Below, piece by piece: positions 39,136 through 52,870 of a stretch of 64,000 nucleotides of DNA. Source of the stretch: Octopus vulgaris (Eukaryota). A program made the translations under genes and the position numbers. The stretch covers positions 51,336,001 through 51,400,000 of the forward strand of contig OX597829.1 of assembly GCA_951406725.2 (NCBI GenBank), in the 5' to 3' direction. The notes beneath the pieces are model-generated. The model was not told the origin of the DNA, ran no database searches, and was given only the letters and a program-made list of their open reading frames with translations. Each line of letters opens with the position of its first letter. Position 1 is the stretch's first letter.

Positions 39136-39381
39136 CTTGCATGCCACTACCAGGTTCTGTGAAACTATTCCGGATAGGCTGACCGCCTTCATCTTGATGT
39201 GTGTCGCTACCGCTCCCTGATGAAGTCACACTGCTCTGAGGTGATAATGGTGCATGATCTGAAGTGCTAGATAATGGACGTACACGGGGATAAAGATCTT
39301 CACATTTTGCTAGCCAGTCTGATATATTATCAGGGGGTGTGACAGAATTAGTTCGCCGTAAAGGAGCGTGTGAATTGATGC
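39136..39381 (-). CDS. SAMD4: Smaug/SAMD4 homolog exon (246 nt, phase 1 to phase 1)
   Basis: tttcag|GC ... CAAG|gtaaga. Encodes INSHAPLRRTNSVTPP...DHAPLSPQSSVTSSGSGS...RNSFTEPGSGMQ; HAPLSPQSS.ASSGSG and GSGMKDV are SAMD4 motifs. Confidence 0.95.
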
Positions 39382-40842
39382 CTGAAATAATAAATATATA
39401 TATATATATCATATCAAATTAAAAATTTTAATAAATTAGCATTAAAAGATAATTAATCCTTTTAGGGAATGCTAAAGGTTTCTTGTATACTTAATTCACC
39501 TGTTAAAATGGTGTATGTGTTTAGTTAGTGAAATAAAAAAAAATAAAAAAGAAAGACCCAAAATGACACTAGCAAAAACAACTCTACATTTAGCACATTA
39601 TCATTCAACGTCAGTTTTCCATGCTGGCATGGATGGGTTGGATAGTTTGATAGGGTCCAACAAACTGCAGGGCTGCATCAGGTCCCAACGTAAGCTTTAG
39701 CATAGTTTCTACAGCCGCATGATGCCCTCCCTAACACCTACCACTCTACAGCATGTACTGGGTGACTAGTGGGGGTGGTCAACTTGCAAGAGCAGGACAA
39801 AGAAATAAAAGGAAAAGATAAAAGCCCCCACCTCCTGTCCAACCTGACTGAAGCGGCGGCAGGGGGGGGGGTCTATTTGAGAGAGGGAAAAGAAGCTTTA
39901 TGTTGGGTTGAGAGGCTAGGGTACGGTAAAGGGACAAGAAAAGGTGTCTAGCAAGAGAGGAGATACATGGCTACCCTACATTATGTGAGGGTGGGTAAGA
40001 GTAGCCAGAAAGGAGATAAAAATGATGATGACAGGGTGCCAGAGTGTAACATGTAAGCTACAAGAAGGTAAGTATAAGGCATAAGGAACAAGTAGATGTA
40101 TTTCAAAAACCAATCTCTCTCTCTCTCTCTCGCGCGCGCGCACACGCACGCACACGCACGCGCACACACACGCGCGCGCACACACACACACGCGCGCACA
40201 CACACACAAATGTATATGAGAGGATATTCAGAACTGCTCAAATGATGTTTCATGCATATTAATTTCTTTTTCTGTAGATTATTATTTAAATTTCAGGATG
40301 GTCTTTAAATCATTGTCTTTTTATACATAATCATTTAAACAAACTTAAAAATAAAGAACAGAGCCTTTGCGCACATTTAAGTAGATCTATTAAAACAAAA
40401 AAAAAAAAAAACATTCAATTGTGACCATCCAATCTATTTATTATGTATCTCGGATCATAATGTCAAATGAATTTGGCTGCTATTTCTAGCAGAATGAACT
40501 ACTACATAGACCCTCTTTTGTTGGCTCATTTTTTTTTTCTTCGTTTTTTTCTGTTTTAAGTTGTTTGTGCAGGTGGAAATAAATACTGAATATGCTTTTA
40601 AAATTATTAACTTTTTGGTAAAATACTTACAGCTTTTTGGATCATATCTTAATTCTTGGCATCTATAAGTATCTATATCAAGTGCACATAGGAGGTTCTC
40701 AGACTGTCCACCTCGACCTGAAATATAAACAATACCTTGAAACAACTTTTGAACAACTGGACAAAAAGAAAGAAAAAAAATTACAAACCAATACATTTTC
40801 CACTAAATCCTAATTGTGCATTCATATTTAATAATAAAAAGG

Positions 40843-40878
<36 letters not shown>

Positions 40879-41844
40879 ATTACTTGTTTTTGCAACTTCA
40901 ACATTTGCCAGAACTACTGCATGCATGCTCACACACAAAACATGTGTTGTTGTTGTTGTTGTTGTGACCCCCCCCCCTTCGGTCACGAATGACCATGGGA
41001 CGGCACCTAGAAAGTTGCCATCCGAGGCACAAAACTGGGCAAGATTGTTTATGGAAGACCAGCAGTCGCCCATGCATGCCAACCTCCCCTCTCCATGCCA
41101 CCAATGTTATCCAAGGGAAAGGCAAAGACCGATACAGCTTGGCACCAGAGACGTTGCAGCCCATTTATTAATGTGTAAGTGGCTGAGCACTCCACAGACA
41201 CGTGTGCCATTAACGTAGTTCTTGGAGAGATCCAGCGTGACATAGAGTGTGACAAGGCTGGCCCTTTGAAATACAGGTACAACAGAAACAGGAAGGAAAA
41301 GTGAGAGAAAGTTGTGATGAAAGAGTACAGTAGGGTTCACCACCACCCCCTGCCGGAGCCTCGTGGTGCTTTAGGTGTTCTCGCTCAATAAACACTCACA
41401 ATGCCCGGTCTGGGAATCGAAACCGCGATCCTACAATCGCAAGTCCGCTGCCCTAACCACTGGGCCATTGCACCCACACACACACAAAAAACATAATGCA
41501 TGCCTAAAGATAATTAATTAAGCCATCAACTTTTTGTATGTTTTGATTTGGGACTCTCCAAGTTTATGTTTTATGTTCAAACCATTCAGATCTCACACCT
41601 ACCCTACAGTGCCATTCTAAAAATAAACGATCACATCATTGAAATCTCAAAGGTACAAGGTAACACATGATTAATTCAGAACAATGTGAATAAATAAACA
41701 TTACATTTGACTGAGTAATCTGAATGCTAAAGGGTTAAAGAAGTTTGACTGAAAATGTTTTATGAGGATTCTAAAATTTCAGAGAATTCATTTGAAAATA
41801 CTTTTCTAAAAAAATAACACTTTCATATATAAAAGTCGTCTAAT

Positions 41845-42210
41845 TAGGCACAGCAGTGGCTGTGTGGTAAGTAGCTTGCTTACCAACCACATGGTTCCGG
41901 GTTCAGTCCTATTGCGTGGCACTTTGAGCAAGTGTCTTCTGCTATAGCCTCAGGCCAACCAAAGCTTTGTGAGTAGATTTGGTAAATGGAAACTGAAAGA
42001 AGCCTGTCATATGCGTGTGTGTGTGTGTGTTTGTCCCCCCAACATCGCTTGACAACTGATGCTGGTGTGTTTATGCCCCCATAACTTAGTGGTTCAGCAA
42101 TAGAACCAATAGAATAAGTACTAGGCTTACAAAGAATAAGTCTTCACGTCGATTTGCTCGACTAAAGGCGGTGCTCCAGCATGGCCGCAGTCAAATGACT
42201 GGAACAAGTA
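41845..42210 (+). mobile_element. SINE family A, full-length plus-strand copy
   Basis: Starts taggcacagcagtggctgtgtggtaag...gggttcagtcc and ends gactggaacaagta. Another plus-strand copy lies at 57167-57535. Confidence 0.85.
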
Positions 42211-43157
42211 CAAAAAAATAATTGAAAGCAGACTTTAATTATTGTTCTCCATTTATGAACATTGTATTTCATGTGATAATTAAAAAGAGGAGAAAAGCCT
42301 AGAAACATCTGGTAGAGGTGGAAGGACAACTCTTAATTTTGTCAAAGACAACCTCTCTTGGGCCAGTGACACAAAAGAATGCATGCAGTCTCAGCTGTAA
42401 AGTTGGTGAGTGGAAGAAGGAACCAGCCGTATAAAGAGTAAGCTTTAACGACTCAAATTATTATTATGGCTGGATGGGTGAGACAAGGACTTCCCCAAAA
42501 TAGAGTGCAGGTAGCTCGTTTAGAAGAATATTAATTGAAAATACAGATAATGATTAACCCTTTAGCACTGAAGCCAACCATATCCAGCAACAATATTTAG
42601 CTTGTTTTATATTGAAACTGACCAGATCCAGCCTCTCACACCTACCCTACAATGTCATTCTAAAACTAAGCAATCGCATCATTGAAACCTCTAAACTACG
42701 TGATTAATTAATGATGCATGATTAATTCAAAACAATATAAAACAAACATCTGATTTAACACAATAATCTGAACACTAAAGGGCTTAAGTCATTTCTGCCC
42801 AAAACTTCTCTAATTTTTCAAGTCCCATTTGTAAAGTGGTTGGTAATAAGAAAGATACCAAAAACATGACATATACAGCAAATAGTACTAGTTTCTACCT
42901 GTTATTTTTGTGTGCTAGATACCAAAAGACTGTAATGATTGGCTACATGCTGAGACATGCCAGACCTATGCCAATAAACAACAGTATATGAAGATGACAA
43001 CTACTACTACTCCTACTCCACTTGAGATGGTCAATACTGAAGTGCTCATGTCCTTGTGTTACTATATTTCTGCTGAAATACACTGCTTTTCTTTCAATTA
43101 CTTTTTGAAGATAATGGAGAATTCATTCAAATAACTTTTTTTAATTATTAACTCTTC

Positions 43158-43563
43158 TACTCTTTTACTTGTTTCAGTCATTTGACTGCGGACATGCTGG
43201 AGCACCGCTTTTAGTCGAGCAAATCGACCCTGGGACTTATTCTTTGTAAGCCCAGTACTTATTCTATTGGTCTCTTTTGCCGAACCGCTAAGTGACGGGG
43301 ACGTAAACACACCAGCATCGGTTGTCAAGCAATGCTAGGGGGACAAACACAGACACACAAACACATACATATATATATATATATATACATACATATATAT
43401 GACAGGCTTCTTTCAGTTTCCTTCTACCAAATCCACCCACAAGGCATTGGTCGGCCCGGGGCTATAGCAGAAGACACTTGCCCAAGGTGCCACGCAGTGG
43501 GACTGAACCCGGAACCATGTGGTTGGTTAGCAAGCTACTTACCACACAGCCACTCATGCGCCT
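43158..43563 (-). mobile_element. SINE family A, young full-length copy
   Basis: Nearly identical to 45520-45909 and 51195-51781. Confidence 0.88.
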
Positions 43564-43773
43564 TATATTTAGAACAAATTTCACATGAAATCTTGATGGA
43601 AGGTTTTAATTTAGATCACTTTCAAACAGGAAATTGGTATCATAGAATCAAAAGGTGCTTCCAGTCAGGTTGGTATCGAAAGGGTTAAATGAAATCTCAA
43701 GCCAGAATTGTCAGAATTAGTAGCATAGGAGTCCGTCCGCCCGCCCGCCTGGAGCTAACTACCTTGATGGGTA

Positions 43774-44863
43774 TTAACCCTTTCGTTACCAAACCGCCCA
43801 AAGCCGCCCGAAAAAAATTTTGGTTTATGAAACCAAACCGCCCAAAGCCGCCCGAATTTACCTATTCATATTTAAATGAGAATATCAGAGCAAATCTCTT
43901 CAGTACATTCGTGAAAACACGTATTATACTTCGTAAACAGTTCAACTACAGTTTTGTACAATAATCGAAGTGTAATTTTAATTCCGTGAATTTTGGGAGA
44001 TTTTTTTCCGAAATTTGTTCCTATTGTGTTTGCAAAATTTGTAATTCTGACAAAAAATGGATACGAATTTCATTATATCAAGCAGCGAGTCAGAATTCGA
44101 AGGATTTTCTACTGAAGACCTTCATAAATCTAACTCTATGACTGAAAAAAAAAAGCACATGGTATTTGATAATGAATTTGATGTTTCATTTTCCGAAAGT
44201 GAAAACAGTGAATCTGAGATCTCCGATAGCGATAAAGAAAACGAATTGGCACCTGAATGGAGTGAAAATTTAAAAACTGTTTCTTTCGGTGATTTTTCTG
44301 CAGAAACTGGACCAAGCCACAGACTTTCCCAGAAGGGTAAAGCCTTAGGCTATTTCTATTTACTTTTTCGAATGAGCCTATTTGAAATCATTACAGCGAA
44401 AACGAACCGTTACGCTAAACGTAAACAAAACGAAAGAAAGGATAGTTTGTTATTTCCCACAACCTTAAATGAAATTAAGGCCTATTTTGCCATAAATATT
44501 ATTATGGGTATCAGAAAGTTACCCAGAATAACAAATTCTATCGTAAAATTTTGTTGTATACCCAATTGAATATTAGCTAATATTTTCTATAGCGATGTTT
44601 GAACAAAATTTTAATAATTTTATATTTTGTGGAATTTACCTATATCTAACTGCAATTAGAGTCACTTTGTGACAAAAATTATAGTATAGAATTGGTTGAG
44701 AATATTTCATTAAATTATCTTCCAAAAATCAGATTAATATATCGATAAATAAAAAAGTTATAGTTGTTTAATGAAACCAGACTAAATTTATGATTACGTT
44801 AGAAATTAATTGAAACACATAAGGGGTGTAATTTGGTCAGAAATATAGTAACAAAAGGGTTAA
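43774..44863 (+). mobile_element. Internally deleted piggyBac transposon
   Basis: TTAA target duplications at 43774-43777 and 44860-44863; TIR CCCTTTCGTTAC / GTAACAAAAGGG; two 25-bp subterminal direct repeats accaaaccgcccaaagccgcccgaa. Confidence 0.9.
44057..44569 (+). pseudogene. Truncated piggyBac (PGBD-like) transposase N-terminus, 170 aa
   Basis: An acidic N-terminus followed by FSAETGP, YFYLLF, TNRYA and TTLNEIKAYFAINIIMGIRKLPRI. The catalytic DDD region is absent. Confidence 0.88.
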
Positions 44864-46438
44864 GGAATTCACTTCTGTCCTACACCCTGTTGTCTTGGTA
44901 CCCTTATCTTTGTTGCGCCCGCTATTTCATGTGTGAGCAAGGAATAAGCTATGTTTGTTAACCAAAAACATTGTCTTCTGATATTTATCTTTTACCTTTT
45001 TGTAAAACATACAAATTTGTTTAGGTACACGCATCCAAATATACTTCCTAATTTGGTAAAGCCCAACTTTTAATTAACCTCTTGTTACAACCCCCATCAG
45101 ATTAATGTAAAATTGTTTTTATTAAGACTGAACATAAAAAAACAAACATTAACAATATATATACAAAGAATTAGATATTTTAGTAAACCCTTCCAAAACC
45201 ATTATATTGACAGCATATGAAAATGCAAAGGCACTTTACACATCAGAAATACAGTTGCGAAAAATGAAAAGTTTAACAGTTTCTTTATTATATTTGCAGC
45301 AGCTTAGTGGAAACATATGATCAGTCACATAGCACACTCACAATGAGCATGTGAGAAATGTGTGACACATTTTAGTACATCATTATGTTTATTTAATAAA
45401 AGAGAATAATAGTAACTGGCAGAATACCGGTTACTGAAAGATTTTAAACTAATAATTAAATCAACAAAATATGAGATGTCGTAAAACATCCACCGACTGA
45501 CAAGAGTATAAAATATACACTTTTACTTGTTTCAGTCATTTGACTGCGGCCATGCTGGAGCACCACCTTTAGTCGAGCAACTCAACCCAGGGACTTATTC
45601 TTTGTAAGCCCAGTACTTATTCTATCGGTCTCTTTTGCCTGAACCGCTAAGTGACGGGGACGTAAACACACCAGCATCGGTTGTCAAGCAATGCTAGGGG
45701 GACAAACACAGACACACAAACACACACATGTATGTACATATATATCACGGGCTTCTTTCAGTTTCCGTCTACCAAATCCACTCACAAGGCTTTGGTCGGC
45801 CCAAGGCTATAGTAGAAGACACTTGCCCAAGGTGCCATGCAGTGGGACTGAACCCGGAACCATGTGGTTGGTAAGCAAGCTACTTACCACACAGCCACTC
45901 CTGCGCCTATGTTTGAAGTTTCCTTTTTCTTTACTTTATTTTCATAGGTAGAAAGCAAGAAATTTCAGGGAAGTGGGTAGTTGATTATATCAACCCCAGT
46001 TTGGTTCTATTCTGCCAGTCCACTGATATTCACTATTGGCCATGCCTCCAACCAAATTCCTCATTCACTTCTATTTCCATCTCTCTGACATTCTTGTGAA
46101 CATTACCTACTCATCTGTACCCTTTCCAAACATCTGTCCCTATTCTCTTTTATATTCCCCTTATTGTACCTTGATAGTATACTCTGACATCTCATCACCA
46201 TCATCCCTAGCTGAGTTAGCCATGTATCTTCTCCATAACGAAACACCTGATCCTTCCTGTCCTTTCTCTCCGACAGCTGGCATAACGCCACCTTCTCTAG
46301 TACTACACACACACACACACACACTCATTCGCTTGCCGTGTCAAGTTACTGGATGACCACACTAGGGGTCCACAATGAAAGCACTCCGTACACTCTGTAA
46401 TGTGGGTGACATTAGGAAGGCCATTCAGCCATAGAAAC

Positions 46439-46670
46439 AGGTAGCGAGCTGGCAGAAACGTTAGCGCGCTGGGCGAAATGCTTAGCAGTATTTCGTCTGT
46501 CGTTACACTCTGAGTTCAAATTCCGCCGAGGTCAACTTTGCCTTTCATCCTTTCGGGGTCGATAAATAAAGTACCAGTTTCGCACTGGGGGCGATATAAT
46601 CAACTCAATCCCTTCGTCTGTCCTTGTTTGTCCCCTCTATGTTTAGCCCCTTGTGGGCAGTAAAGAAATA
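46439..46670 (+). mobile_element. tRNA-derived SINE family B with a 17-bp TSD, nested in an RTE tail
   Basis: A box TGGCAGAAACG and B box GAGTTCAAATTCC. TSD cattcagccatagaaac at 46422-46438 and 46671-46687. Confidence 0.9.
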
Positions 46671-46786
46671 CATTCAGCCATAGAAACCATGCCAGAGCAG
46701 ACACTGGAGATTCATACAGTTCTCTGACTCATCAAATCTTAAACCATCCAAACCAAGCCAGCATGGAAGCCATACATCAATCAATG

Positions 46787-46824
<38 letters not shown>

Positions 46825-46826
<2 letters not shown>

Positions 46827-47110
46827 GAGGCGCAATGGCCCAGTGGTTAGGGCAGCGGACTCGCGGTCTCGATTCCCAGACCAGGCGTTGTGAGTGTTTA
46901 TTGAGCGAAAACACCTAAAGCTCCACGAGGCTCCGGCAGGGGGTGGTGGCGATCCCTGCTGTACTCTTTCACTACAACTTTCTCTCACTCTTTCTTCTGT
47001 TGGCCTGCTCGCTTAGCCAGCGGGGTGGCGTCAGTTGAAGGCTAAAACAATGCGAAGCGCATTGTGACCAGCGATGCGTAGCAATATCTGATAGCCTGGT
47101 CGATCACAGT
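46825..47110 (+). mobile_element. tRNA-derived SINE family C
   Basis: Head tggaggcgcaatggcccagtggttagggcagcggactcgcgg...cgattccc; homologous to 4386-4551. Confidence 0.8.
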
Positions 47111-48659
47111 GATATATATATATATATATATTGGTATGAAGTCATTTTTGTTTTCTTTATGGTGGGGACATATATTTGATAAAATAAGTGGCAAATGCCA
47201 AAAAATTCATGGTGGAATTCAGTCTGGGGAGAAGTCAACAGTGGATCTGAGTGAGATCTGAACTGAAAAAAAAATTTAATTAAATACTGCAAAGCATTTA
47301 ATACCATATTCTACTGCTTCTGCCATTCACTGCTGCCACTGCCTTATGTTGGTGTGATATTTTTTCTTTTTAATTTATTTCTTACGAATCACTAGAAATA
47401 CTTTGTGAGTGATGCCAAATTCTTTACAGGTAAAGTGATACCTGAATATGTAGAAACTGGTGCTACTATCAGTAGGAAAATAAAATACACCTCTTAGATC
47501 ACTGTAGAAATGTTTACTAAAAAAAAAAGTTATCACATATAAAGGCAGTATTCCAATATGTCCTTATCCTTACTTTCTAAAACAAACTAAAGAATAACAA
47601 AAAAAAAAAAAATTAACAGCAGTTCATGTTGTGCAGCAACTTATAGGAATTGTTCCACATATAGGTGCAGACATAGTTAAGATGCTAGCTTTGCAACCAC
47701 AAGGTTTCGGGTTCAGCCCCATCAAATGGCTTCTTAGGCAAGTGTCTTCTATAAGCCCCAGGCCAACTAATGCCTTGTAAGTAATTTGTTAGTTGGAAAC
47801 TGTAGAAGCCCCATGCACAACACACACACATGTTGAAATTATAAAAATTTATAAACTTTGAGGGAACGCGAAATAAATTTTGGAACGGTGAAACTTGAAG
47901 CATATTACGTTATAAATAATCCTTTGTGATTTTAGACACAAGGCCTGAAACTTCGGGGGGGGGGGTGCTAGCCAATTACATTGACTCCAGTATGCCACTG
48001 GTATTTATCTCATTGACCCTGAGAAATGAGAGTCAGTGTCGAAGGAATTTGAACTTAGAATTTAAAGATGGACAAAATGCTGCTGAGCATTTCGTCTGGC
48101 GTGCTAATGATTCTACCAGAGCATTAAAAAAAAAAAAAAAAAAAAAGGTTCCAGGGGTCAATTCATTTGACTAAAAGTACTTCAAGGTGGTGCCCCCAGC
48201 ATGGTCACAGTCTAATAACTAAAACAAGTAAAAGAAAACAGATAAAGATATAAACATCCTAAAAGCAACATAATTTTTTTACCATGTTGGGTATTTCAGT
48301 TGTGTTACTATGGCTGTTGTAATTTTAATATAATAAACGAAGGGGAATGCTGAGACAATGTATGATTAATTACCAAATATAGTCAATCTATTTTAGGCCA
48401 AACAATTGAGAATAAGTCAACCCTAGGATTTCACAAACAGGGCATTTGTGGATTTAGGTACCGTATTATCCTGCACATAGAAGTAACATTGTTACAAAAT
48501 TTTGTGGCTACCTTACTGAAGGCTGCTCTATAGGTGGAATGCTTGATGCTTATAATGGAATGCTCGGTGCTTATAGTAAAATACCATTCAATAGCGAGTA
48601 CTACACATTTGTTACTAGAATGTATGTACAGGATATACTGCAAACCTGCATACATCTTC

Positions 48660-49020
48660 AAGCACAATAAACACACGCGTCATACATTCGTTTACACGGT
48701 GAGAAACGTGTTTCACAGACAGTGCAATTGGCAAACACTAGTCTGAATTCGTACAAAGGCATGACTTTGATAAGCCTAAAAACATTCAATTAAATCGCTG
48801 GATCAGTGGTTCCCATGCAACCTTTATATTTTTCCTATCTCCAAATACAATAAACACACAAGTCATACGCTTGTCTGTTTACACGGTGAGAAACATGTTT
48901 CACAGACAGCAACGCTATTGGCAAACAACAGCAAACACTACTGTATGAAAGTACATACAGTGGCAGGACTTCAGTAAGCCTAAAAAACATTTAATTAATC
49001 ACTAAATCAGTGCTTCCCAA
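48660..49020. repeat. Diverged ~185-bp tandem duplication ending at a hAT-like terminus
   Basis: caataaacacac...gtttacacggtgagaaac.tgtttcacagacag...taagcctaaaaa...atcagtg.ttccca occurs twice. Confidence 0.8.
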
Positions 49021-49142
49021 ACTTTTTTTTTTTTTTTTTTTTTTTGCCACAGAATCCTTCAACATTATTTTTACAAATGTGGAGCCCCTGATAACTTTCA
49101 GGGAACCCTGGAGTTTTGTAGAACACACTTTGGGAATCCCTG
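49008..49142. mobile_element. Short hAT-type MITE
   Basis: CAGTGCTTCCCAAA ... TTTGGGAATCCCTG inverted ends. Confidence 0.6.
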
Positions 49143-49181
49143 CTCCAGATTAACAACTTTACACCATATGATGGACATTTA

Positions 49182-49568
49182 CTTTATTCTCTAGAAAAAC
49201 GCCGCCGCCGTGGTGATCTCATTCTCGCTCACAACATCATAAGCGGAAAGTGTAACCTCTCGAAAGAGCTGTTCTTCACTCCTGCTCCAGAGTGTCGGCT
49301 GCGGGGTCATTCCGAAAAGCTCTACCTGCGACGATTTCATCTCAATCGAAGGAGAGGAGCTTTCTCCGTCCGGGTTGCGGTTCCGTGGAACAAGTTGCCA
49401 GACGAGATGGTGAAGATGCCGATGACCGCTTTGTTCAAAGTCTCCCTTGACCTCAAGTGGCCTGAACTCTTTACATGAACACCACCCTGTACTTAACTCC
49501 ATGTCCCCTTACATGGCCTTGCTTTTTGCTTTTCGAGCCAAAAAATTAACTAACTAACTAACTAACTA
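49182..49568 (+). mobile_element. CR1/L2-group LINE 3' end with (TAAC)n tail
   Basis: The plus frame reads LYSLEKRRRRGDLILAHNII...RLRGHSEKLYLRRFHLNRRRGAFSVRVAVPWNKLPDEMV...FKVSLD...*, a typical CR1/L2 ORF2 C-terminus. Confidence 0.88.
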
Positions 49569-51417
49569 CTGGTAACTGCACGACATCCTGCAGCTTTTTT
49601 CTAAAAGAGAAAATGTAAATATTTATAAGAGCTACACAGGCTTGTTTATGGGTTTTGTTATTTAATAGGACGTGTGTTTTGACGTGTAGAGTTGGTAATA
49701 TTACTGTAATTCCTTGTGTTTTTGTGTTTATGCACTTAGACATCAGTTGGGCTTCTGCTGCTGACATGGTACTTCGGATTCTAACTTGAATTTCAGCCCC
49801 TCAAAAGTAGTTTGCATGTAATAATCCCTCTCTCTCTCTCTTTCGGAGAGGCACTGAGCAGCTATACGCACACATACACACACGGCAGTAACTTCCACCT
49901 ACCGAATTCAATCACAAAGCTCCGGTCGGCTCAGGGCTATAGCGGAAGACACCTACCCAAAGTGCCACGCAGTGGGACTGAACCCGAAACCATGTAGTTG
50001 GGAAGCAAGCTCCCTAACCACACAGCCATGCCCGCGCCTAAACTTGACCTTAAAAAGTGGTCTAAAAAATCTGACTTTTACATGAGTATATACAGTAAAA
50101 ACATTGTGAATATATAAACATTTGATAGATCAACCTGAATGCTAAAGGATTAAACACATCCTTAAGGCCAACCATCAGAAAACCCGTACAAGACAATAGC
50201 TACCATAAAAATACCAACGATGACGATAGGAAAATCTCAGACTTCAGAGCCAGACAAAATTCCAAACGTACAGTACAGCTCTACCACAATACCTACAATA
50301 TATTCTAAGACTATAATTCTAAACAAACACCCAACTGAGATACCATTAAACAGATTCATTACATTCTGGTATACACCCTAAAAAAAATCCTAGTAACACT
50401 TCCTTGACTATCACCACATTTAGCCACAAAGAAACAAACATCATATACTGCATCATCCACCATGGGTTACATCTTAGTCATAGATTATTATGTCCTACCA
50501 ATCCTACATAGTTTTTTATTTCCACAATAAATCACAGCAATAAAAAAAAATAAAGAAAAGAAAAGGTCTTGCATCGTCACAAGTTGCAAAACTAACCCAA
50601 CCTACTGACTTCCTACACAGTGAAAGAAATATATTCAGAAAGCTCAACCCGACTTACAAGGAAGGCGAGTTTTGTTGCCATAGAAAACTCTAGTTCATAC
50701 TGTCATGTGTTTAGCCTTTTAAAAGTATTCAGGTTACTCTGTCAAACATAATGCTTATTCACATTCACATGTTTTGAGATAATCATGCATCACCGCATAG
50801 CATCGAGGCTTCAATGATTCGGTTGCTGCATCGTTTTAGACCGACATCATAGGATAGGTGTGAGAGGACAGATCTGGCCAGTTTAAATGCTAAAGGATTA
50901 ATTCTGTTAGCACACCAGTAGCAAATAGTCAGTTATCCGCAAATGTTTGTAAGTGATCGTGTCATTTAAAAAGGTTAATTTAAGATACAAAAGTGTCCTA
51001 ACACTGACACATGTTTGCGGTGAATACAGTTTTTCTTTTTTTTCTGTACACACCTTTATAGTTGAAAGTGATATCATAGGAGAGGATAACTATTTTTAGC
51101 TATGACAGGTGGATGTGGGGAGGGGGAAGAGGGTGCACATAATATTCACAATTGCATTATACTCGAGTACATGGAGTACTCTCTCTCTCTCCCTTTTACT
51201 TGTTTCAGTCATTTGACTGCAGCCATGCTGGAGCACTGCCTTTAGTCGAGCAAATCGACCTCGGGATTTATTCTTTGTAAGCCCAGTACTTATTCTATCG
51301 GTCTCTTTTGCCGAACCACTAAGTTACGGGGACATAAACACACCAGCATCGGTTGTCAAGCAATGCTAGGGGGACAAACACAGACACACAAACATACACA
51401 GACATATATATATATAT

Positions 51418-51548
51418 AAAGATGCCGACGGCCGCTTTGTTCAAAGCCTCCCTGGACCTCAAGTGGCCTGAACTCTTTACATGAACACCACCCTGTACTT
51501 AACTCCATGTCCCCCTACATGGCCTTGCTATTTGTTTTTGAGCCAAAT

Positions 51549-51565
<17 letters not shown>
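51418..51565 (+). mobile_element. Short CR1/L2 3' end inserted into the (TA)n tract of a family A SINE
   Basis: Near-identical to 49412-49568 and flanked by TA repeats on both sides. Confidence 0.85.
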
Positions 51566-51616
<51 letters not shown>

Positions 51617-52632
51617 GACGGGCTTCTTTCAGTTTCCGTCTACCAAATCCACTCACAAGGCATTGGTTGGCCCAAGGCTATAGCAGAAGACACTTGCCCA
51701 AGATGCCACGCAGTGGGACTGAACCCGGAACCATGTGGTTGGTAAGCAAGCTACTTATCACACAGTCACTCCTGCGCCTATAAGATTTTACTTGTTTCAG
51801 TCACTGGACCTTGCCCATGCTGGGGCACCACCCCGAACAAAAATAAGCACTGGGGTTGAACAAATGAATTACGGTAATTGGTTTTTTTTTTTAAAGCCTG
51901 GTACTTATTCCATCACTCTCTTTCTGCCAAACTGCTAAGTTACGGGAACATAAACAAACCAACAGTTGTCATGTGGCAGTGGAGAGGAAAACACAAACAC
52001 AGACACACACACACACACGTTAGACATCTTTCAGTTTCCATCTCCCAGATCCACACACAAAGCTTTAGTTGGCCTGAGGTCATAAAAGAAACTTGTCCAA
52101 GGTCCCACACTAGGTGGTTGGGAAGCAGCATGCCTATTTTTAGCTATAATAGATGGGTGAGGAAGAAGGTGCTCATAACATTCACGATTGTTTTAAGTTG
52201 ATGTAGTATTTTTATTCCTTTATTCTTTTACTTGTTTCAGTCATTTGACAGCAGCCATGCTGGAGCACTGCCTTTAGTCAAACGAATCGATCCCAGGACT
52301 TATTCTTTGTAAGTCCAAAGCTGTTTTTTTTTTTTTTTTTTTTTTTTTTGGACTGAGAGGTGGGTTTGTTGGGGACCCTGCAGTGTTTTTTTTTTTTATT
52401 TTTTTATTTTACTTTACTTTACTTTACTTTACTGCGAGGGGTAGCTTGGCGGTTAAGCCTAGCTTCGGTGAGGTTGAGTCCTACTTTGAAAACACTTTCT
52501 TAAGTAAAGAATTAAAAAGAACACCGGACATGACTCTAAGCCCGGCCTATTGAAGGGAGAATTTTGAATTTTAGTTCTTACTAACACTTTGTTATTAAAT
52601 TTCTTTCGTCACTATTCTCTTTTAAACACACA

Positions 52633-52667
<35 letters not shown>

Positions 52668-52870
52668 ACATCATCATTTAACGTCCACTTTCCATGCTGG
52701 CATGGGTTGGACGGTTTGACTGAGGACTGGTGAGCCAGAGGCTGCACCAGGCTCAATCTGATCTGGCAGAGTTTCTACAGCTGGATACCCTTCCTAATGC
52801 CAACCACTCTGAGGCTGTAGCAGGTGCTTTTGCATGCCACTAGCACGAGGGCCAGTCAGGTGGTTCTAGC

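Noticed and set aside
46825-46900. tRNA-like sequence with A and B boxes
   Set aside because: It is a SINE head that continues into a repeated body and lacks a full cloverleaf. The same applies to families A and B.
49191-49502. ORF ...CSCKEFRPLEVKGDFEQSG... shared with 60301-60672
   Set aside because: It is the antisense shadow of a CR1/L2 ORF2 C-terminus.
50160-50620. Possible LINE endonuclease remnant (QIHYILV); a similarly decayed stretch lies at 60550-61000
   Set aside because: A single weak motif with no sustained frame cannot be supported without a profile search.
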